Positions 58,830-64,000 of a DNA stretch of 64,000 bases are shown here, piece after piece. The notes beneath the pieces are model-generated. The model saw nothing but the letters and a program-made list of their open reading frames with translations. It was not told the origin of the DNA and searched no databases. Position 1 is the first letter of the stretch, and each line of letters begins with the position of its first letter. The stretch comes from Blastocatellia bacterium (GTDB taxonomy: Bacteria; Acidobacteriota; Blastocatellia; RBC074), in assembly GCA_035275345.1 (NCBI GenBank), contig DATEMY010000298.1, positions 1,290 to 65,289 of the forward strand. The letters are read 5' to 3'. Both the position numbers and the translations under genes were made by a program.

Positions 58830-59732
58830 ATGAAGGAGCGGATGAAGATCAGCGTGCTGATATGTACGCGCAATCGCGCGCAATCGCTCGAAATGACCCT
58901 GCGGCGGTTTTATGAGCAGCGGTTCGCCGGCGAATACAGTTACGAGTTAATCCTCGTCGACAACGCTTCGACCGATGGGACCAACGAGGTCATTGAGCGT
59001 TGTGTCGCGCTGCGTCCCGAAACGACGCGCCATTTGTTTGAGGGCCGGCGCGGGCTGAGCTATGCGCGCAACACCGCGGTCGCCGCTGCGAGTGGCGATT
59101 GTATAGTCTTCACGGACGACGACGTATTGGTGAGCGAGGACTGGCTGGATGAGATTTACCGCGAATTCAGCGCCGATCCCCTCCTGCGCATTCTCAGCGG
59201 AAAGGTGCTGCTTGCTAACGAGAGATTGCAGCGCGTGGCGATGCACGCCTACGACGAGCGACAATATTTCAAGTTTCCTGACAGCGGCAATTTCGTAATG
59301 GGCGCAAATATGGCTTTCCGGCGCGATCTTTTCGACCGCGTCGGCCTGTTCGACGTGCGACTGGGAGCGGGCAGATTCTTCGCCGGCGCCGATGAGGTCG
59401 AATTGATCTATCGCGGTTTGAAAGCCGGCTTGCGGATGCTTTACGCGCCGAATGTGCTGGTCTACCACGACCACGATCGTTTTACTTTAGAACAGGCCTG
59501 CCGATTGGAGTACGGTTATTCGAAAGGCTCAGCCGCTTATCTGGTCAAACACGCGCTCACCGGTGATCGCTACGCCCTACGAATGCTTTACTGGACGCTC
59601 CGCGCCATACCAGGACGATGGCGGCGGCGGAATGAGACCAGCGACGTTGTCGCTCGTCGTCGCTGGCAGGCCAGAGGGATATTGCTCGGCTTTTTGATTG
59701 CCCCTTTCGTGATGTGGGGGGACGGTTCCTGA
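58830..59732 (+). CDS. GT2 glycosyltransferase
   Basis: Motifs [26 protein letters not shown] and FTDDD are present. Confidence 0.85.
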   Translation: MKERMKISVLICTRNRAQSLEMTLRRFYEQRFAGEYSYELILVDNASTDGTNEVIERCVALRPETTRHLFEGRRGLSYARNTAVAAASGDCIVFTDDDVLVSEDWLDEIYREFSADPLLRILSGKVLLANERLQRVAMHAYDERQYFKFPDSGNFVMGANMAFRRDLFDRVGLFDVRLGAGRFFAGADEVELIYRGLKAGLRMLYAPNVLVYHDHDRFTLEQACRLEYGYSKGSAAYLVKHALTGDRYALRMLYWTLRAIPGRWRRRNETSDVVARRRWQARGILLGFLIAPFVMWGDGS

Positions 59733-59792
59733 ATGAGCGCCGCGAGTGGTAGCGGGAGTTCTTGAATCAATAGCGTACGTTTCCTCGGCCAA

Positions 59793-59852
59793 ATGTCCTT
59801 ACATACGCGCTCTTGTGTCCGCATGTCCTTACATACGCGCTCTTGTGTCCGC
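59793..59852. repeat. perfect 30-bp tandem duplication
   Basis: atgtccttacatacgcgctcttgtgtccgc occurs twice, at 59793-59822 and 59823-59852. Confidence 0.95.
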
Positions 59853-59932
59853 TATGGCACATATGTTGCTAGAAGAATTAACTAGCGATTTCATTTATAC
59901 TAGGAAAAATTCAGTCATTTAGAAGGTGGTTT

Positions 59933-60172
59933 ATGAAAACACCGAGAGAGAAGAATCCCATACTCACGCTGCGCGATACGTTGAAAAGGTTTATTGCCGA
60001 ATACAGGAATTTCGACATGGCAACTCAGCTCAGCGCTGATTATTGCATCACCGCCGAAGGACTTGGCGCGTTGACAGAGAGCACTCTGAAGCGCAAGGAA
60101 TCAAAATCACGTCTGACGTTCATTATCCGATCTGGTAAAGATGCGGAAGAAGCTCTCCTTGCTTCTCCATAA
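59933..60172 (+). CDS. hypothetical small protein
   Basis: 79 aa. AAGGTGG lies upstream of the ATG. GC content is lower than in the neighbouring genes. Confidence 0.4.
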   Translation: MKTPREKNPILTLRDTLKRFIAEYRNFDMATQLSADYCITAEGLGALTESTLKRKESKSRLTFIIRSGKDAEEALLASP

Positions 60173-60356
60173 TCGTCATACGCCGGTAAGAAGCTCAGCC
60201 GGTTTATTCTTTATGGTTTGGGATACAATCTAATAATTCCAACCGATAAGTGAGAGGCGCGCAAATTCCGATTGCGAAGCTGGCGAAAGGCGCGTAGAGT
60301 ATGCGCGCGCTGATTTACTCCCTCCTTAACACTCCTCAACTTCTAATCTGAAATAT

Positions 60357-61280
60357 ATGCCGAATCCCGTCAGCGTCATTATTCCAGCGTACAACGTCGC
60401 GCCCTACATTGCCGAAGCGCTCGAGTCGTTGTTTGCCCAAACTCATCAGGATTTTGAAGCCATCGTGATCAACGATGGCTCAACGGATGAGACCGAAGAG
60501 AAGCTTGCGCCGTATCGCGACCGCATCGTTTACATCAAGCAGGAGAATAGCGGCGTGATGTCGGCGCGGAACGCCGGGCTGCGAGTTGCGCGGGGGCGCT
60601 ACATCGCGTTGCTCGACGGCGATGACCTGTGGGCGCCGAGGTTTCTGGAAAGACTCCTTGAAATGCTGGAGTCAGACGAGAGCTTGAGCGCGGCCTATCC
60701 GAATGCGATCTTTCTCGGTTCGCCCAAATTCTCAGGCCGGCTATATCAAGAAATCTTTCCGGCGACTGAACCAGTGACGTTCGACGGCGTGCTTCGGCGT
60801 AAATGTCACATCTTCGGCTCGTTGGTCATAAGGCGCGATGCGCTGGATGACGCGGGCTGGTTCGATGAAACCCTGGAAGGACAAGGCGCCGAAGATTTCG
60901 AACTTTGGTTGCGAATGTTGCAACGGGGGCATCGTTTCAGATTCACATCGGAGTCGCTGGCGAAATACCGCTGGCGTCACGATTCGCTCTCAAACACCGG
61001 GATCGGATCGCTCAGTTGCCTGATCTCGGTTTACGAAAAATTTCTGGCGAACGAACTGACGGCTGAAGACAACCGCGACTGGATAAAATCCCGATTGCCT
61101 GAGCTGCGCGCGCAGTTGAATTATGCGCAGTTTAAGGACGCCACAGCGAGGAACGATTTCAAGCAGGCGGCCAGGTATCTGGCGAACGCCAATAGATATT
61201 ACCGACGCCCAAAATTGATGGTTGCCCAAATCATTATGAAGCTGGCGCCGCGCCTGGTGGCAAAGATCGCGACTCCCTGA
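60357..61280 (+). CDS. GT2 glycosyltransferase
   Basis: Motifs [26 protein letters not shown] and LLDGDD are present. Confidence 0.87.
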   Translation: MPNPVSVIIPAYNVAPYIAEALESLFAQTHQDFEAIVINDGSTDETEEKLAPYRDRIVYIKQENSGVMSARNAGLRVARGRYIALLDGDDLWAPRFLERLLEMLESDESLSAAYPNAIFLGSPKFSGRLYQEIFPATEPVTFDGVLRRKCHIFGSLVIRRDALDDAGWFDETLEGQGAEDFELWLRMLQRGHRFRFTSESLAKYRWRHDSLSNTGIGSLSCLISVYEKFLANELTAEDNRDWIKSRLPELRAQLNYAQFKDATARNDFKQAARYLANANRYYRRPKLMVAQIIMKLAPRLVAKIATP

Positions 61281-61391
61281 AACAATGAAAAACATCCTCG
61301 AAGTCACACGAAGAAACACGAATGAAAAGAGAATATCTTCGCGCCTCCTGGTGTGGCTTGGCGGATGTTTTCCCGCAGGAGGAATAACGAA

Positions 61392-63221
61392 GTGGGAAAC
61401 ATTTTTGCCGTTATATCTCCCGACGAGTCCGAATCGAAATCGGAGGAATTATTCAAGGCGGGGTTGAGATGCGCGCAACGAATTAAATCTCAATCGCCGA
61501 AAAACAGAATTGATGACGCCTGCGCTCGCGCCGCTTCCTTCGCGCGGCGGAACGGGTCGGGCGGCAATCTGGCGACTGACGCCGCGACCGGATGCTGGCT
61601 GATGGCCGCAGGGTCATGGTTTCACTCTGACGGTTACGGAGCCGGAGACGAGGAATGGCTGCTTCAGCGCTTGCTTGAAGTTACCGTGACGCGCGTGGCG
61701 CCTGACCTGGAGGGATTTTTTGTCATCATCTTTTGTGACTCGCGCGCGCGCGAGGTCTTCGTGGTCACCGATCTGATTGGCAGCAGGCATTGTTTCATGC
61801 GCGCCATCGGCGACTGCGTGGCTTTGTCCACCTCATCGTTATTGCTCGCGGCTTTGGACGAAGCCACGCCCGACTCGCTGGCTTGCGAGGAGTTTTTGCG
61901 CACGGGGGCGATTTACGAAGACCGCACGCTCTTTCGGGAGGTCAAGAAACTCGCGCCCGCCACGATCTACCGTTTTGCTGATGGGGCCCTGGTTGATGAA
62001 ATCTGTTATTGGCGGATGTCCGATCTCGATCCCGAGGCGTATGATGGCGAAGACGCCGCGCACGTCCTGGGCGAAGATTTGATCCGCGTGGCCGAGCGGA
62101 TCACCGCGGTGTATCGGCGCCCGGTCTGCGATCTGACCGGCGGTTACGATTCGCGGTTGGTGGTGGCCGCTTTTTTTAACGCCGGAATCGGGTTCGAAAC
62201 AACCGTCACAGGTTATGACACCGATCCCGACGTGGTTATTTCAAAAGGGCTGTCGAAGTTGATCGGCGCGCCGAACAGGCGTTTCAGTCCCGGCGAACCG
62301 GTGCGGCCCGAGCGGCTTAAAGAGGCGCTGCGATTGACCGACGGCGAATGCGATCTGATTCAGTATGCGCGCGTCCATTTGTTGAGCAACCGTCTTTCGG
62401 CCGAATTCGACGTGAGCGTCAATGGGTCGTATGGAGAAATCGCGCGCGGCTATTGGTGGAACCTGCTCTTCCCGAAGATGGGCAGACGCGAACAGATAGA
62501 TTCCCGCCGACTGGCGGCCAAACGTTATGCGGTTGATCCATGCTGTCCCGATCTCTATCCTCCTGACGCCGGCCTGGCGGACGGCGGTTCGGACTTCGTC
62601 GGGCATCTGGCCACGGTCATCGGCCGTTTGAATGAGGGACTGGAGGGATGGCCGAACACGGCGCAGATGGACCATGCCTATCTGATGCTGCGAATGCAGC
62701 GGTGGCAGGGAAGGGTCGCCAGCGCCACCGACCAGATCTGGCCTTGCCTCTCGCCGTTTATGTTTCGCTCGGCGCTCGAGACGTCGCTCCAGACGACCGT
62801 CCGTACGCGCAAACACAGCCGCCTCGTTCGCAGTCTGATGACGATGATGAGCCAGCAACTGGCCGCCTATCCGCTCGAACATGGACATCCGGCGGCGCCG
62901 CTGACTTTGAAGTATTTGCCGCAATTTGCGCTCGCAGCCTGGCGTTACGCTCCAAAAGCCTTTAGCGACGCCTTTCAGCGATGGCTTGATCGTCCCGACA
63001 CATCGTCGGAAACTAAGCCGGACCGTTTGCGGTTGTTGGACGATGAAGAGATTCGTGAAACCCTCGATCCCGCAAACATGAGATTGAGTCGTTTGATCGA
63101 CCCGCTGCGGTTGCGTGATTTTCTCGAATCGTCGCAGCAGGCCTGCTTCGCTTTCGATCAGCAATGGCGCCGCGTGTTGGCCGCCGAGATGACGCTGAGA
63201 TTCGTCAACGGTAGTCAGTGA
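61392..63221 (+). CDS. asparagine-synthase-family protein lacking the N-terminal Cys nucleophile
   Basis: GTG 61392 follows AGGAGG by 8 nt, giving the N-terminus (M)GNIFAV instead of MCGI. The synthetase domain has PVCDLTGGYDSRLVV (PP-loop-like). Confidence 0.72.
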   Translation: MGNIFAVISPDESESKSEELFKAGLRCAQRIKSQSPKNRIDDACARAASFARRNGSGGNLATDAATGCWLMAAGSWFHSDGYGAGDEEWLLQRLLEVTVTRVAPDLEGFFVIIFCDSRAREVFVVTDLIGSRHCFMRAIGDCVALSTSSLLLAALDEATPDSLACEEFLRTGAIYEDRTLFREVKKLAPATIYRFADGALVDEICYWRMSDLDPEAYDGEDAAHVLGEDLIRVAERITAVYRRPVCDLTGGYDSRLVVAAFFNAGIGFETTVTGYDTDPDVVISKGLSKLIGAPNRRFSPGEPVRPERLKEALRLTDGECDLIQYARVHLLSNRLSAEFDVSVNGSYGEIARGYWWNLLFPKMGRREQIDSRRLAAKRYAVDPCCPDLYPPDAGLADGGSDFVGHLATVIGRLNEGLEGWPNTAQMDHAYLMLRMQRWQGRVASATDQIWPCLSPFMFRSALETSLQTTVRTRKHSRLVRSLMTMMSQQLAAYPLEHGHPAAPLTLKYLPQFALAAWRYAPKAFSDAFQRWLDRPDTSSETKPDRLRLLDDEEIRETLDPANMRLSRLIDPLRLRDFLESSQQACFAFDQQWRRVLAAEMTLRFVNGSQ

Positions 63222-63389
63222 AAATTCGGAACGGATTGACGGAATTTTTCAGAATTTGTGATGGGACCTAAACGCGTTGCGACGCCCTGAAACTCAGCGT
63301 GCCTTGCATGGATCAAAGACCGGATTAAGAACCCACGCACGCTGGAAGCGATGCGTACCCAGGGATTTTCTATAGCGGTTTTCATTTGC

Positions 63390-63509
63390 GTGTACAGGTT
63401 AATGGAACGCGGATGACGCGGATCAAGCGGATGATCGCGGATACACCCTAAGAAAGATCAGCGTAAATCCGCTTGATCCGCGCCATCCGCGTTCTATTAG
63501 CCCGTACAC
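63390..63509. repeat. hairpin with 43-nt periodic arms (GCGGATSA units)
   Basis: gtgtacaggttaatggaacgcggatgacgcggatcaagcggat (63390-63432) faces atccgcttgatccgcgccatccgcgttctattagcccgtacac (63467-63509), with about 5 mismatches. Confidence 0.88.
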
Positions 63510-63539
63510 TGTTATGAAAATCGGTATAAGGAGGCTGTT

Positions 63540-64000
63540 TTGAGAATCACTCGTGTCTATACCAAGAGCGGCGACGCCGGCGAGACATCGCTGGTTGACG
63601 GAAGCCGCGTCAGCAAAGCAGATGCGCGCGTCGCCGCATACGGCGATGTCGACGAATTGAATTCACTGCTTGGAATCGCGCGAGTCGGCGCGCCCGACCA
63701 GCAATTGAATGACGCGCTCGGCAAAATTCAAAATGAATTGTTCATAGTCGGCGCCGATCTGGCCAGCCCACTGGAGATTCAGGTTCCCCGAATCGGAGAG
63801 GAACACGTCTCCCAAATGGAACAACTGATTGATCTGTTGATGGAAGAACTGGAGCCGCTGCGTGAATTCATCCTTCCCGGCGGAACGCAATTGGGCGCTA
63901 CACTGCATCTGTCCCGCGCCGTCTCTCGCCGCGCCGAACGATCGGTCGTTGCGCTGGCCGCGCAATCAGGGATCAACAATCACGCGCTGATCTATCTCAA
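63540..64000 (+). CDS. PduO-type ATP:cob(I)alamin adenosyltransferase, 3'-truncated by the window edge
   Basis: The TTG start follows AAGGAGG. Motifs [26 protein letters not shown] and FILPGG are present. This gene is not in the supplied ORF track. Confidence 0.85.
   Translation, partial: MRITRVYTKSGDAGETSLVDGSRVSKADARVAAYGDVDELNSLLGIARVGAPDQQLNDALGKIQNELFIVGADLASPLEIQVPRIGEEHVSQMEQLIDLLMEELEPLREFILPGGTQLGATLHLSRAVSRRAERSVVALAAQSGINNHALIYL

Overview
This is a 64-kb GC-rich bacterial chromosomal window, roughly 60% G+C by eye (not computed). The gene content includes TPR proteins, a PSCyt/DUF1549/DUF1553 plus DUF1501 pair, a PEP-CTERM-type glycosyltransferase and Tat signals. That content suggests a soil Acidobacteriota- or PVC-like organism, which is inference only. 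I found no rRNA, tRNA or CRISPR array. Main blocks, in order: (1) a contiguous minus-strand heat-shock supra-operon, dnaK-grpE-dnaJ-like-cbpM/hspR-like-clpB-hsp20-lon (2.6-12.4 kb). (2) A trehalose/alpha-glucan cluster, treZ-GDE-treS-treY (15.5-24.4 kb). (3) Mixed housekeeping and envelope genes. (4) The PSCyt/DUF1549/DUF1553 plus DUF1501 pair (34.2-38.7 kb). (5) A small accessory insertion (38.7-41.7 kb) carrying brnT/brnA, a degraded duplicate of the DUF1501 3' end, and a sharply AT-richer islet. The islet encodes an orphan CheY-like receiver and a CHAT (caspase-like) protein with an unassignable C-terminal half. This is my best candidate for an undescribed system. (6) An exopolysaccharide-type glycosyltransferase locus (55.9-63.2 kb). 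Three other themes need a second look. First, more than 15 intergenic hairpins have arms that are themselves tandem arrays of 7-9-nt units. One nonamer family (TATGGGACT) occurs at 4 loci. Some of these elements invade coding sequence: an in-frame insert in treY, the C-terminal tail of a CNNM protein, and the truncation point of ppc. Second, a rhodanese gene is interrupted by an in-frame TGA at a Cys-type position, with a hairpin downstream, which makes it a selenocysteine candidate. Third, there is an unusual density of gene fragments abutting intact genes (recQ, DUF1501, sulfatase, GNAT, ppc, class-A beta-lactamase-like). All family calls come from motif reading by eye. No database search was run.
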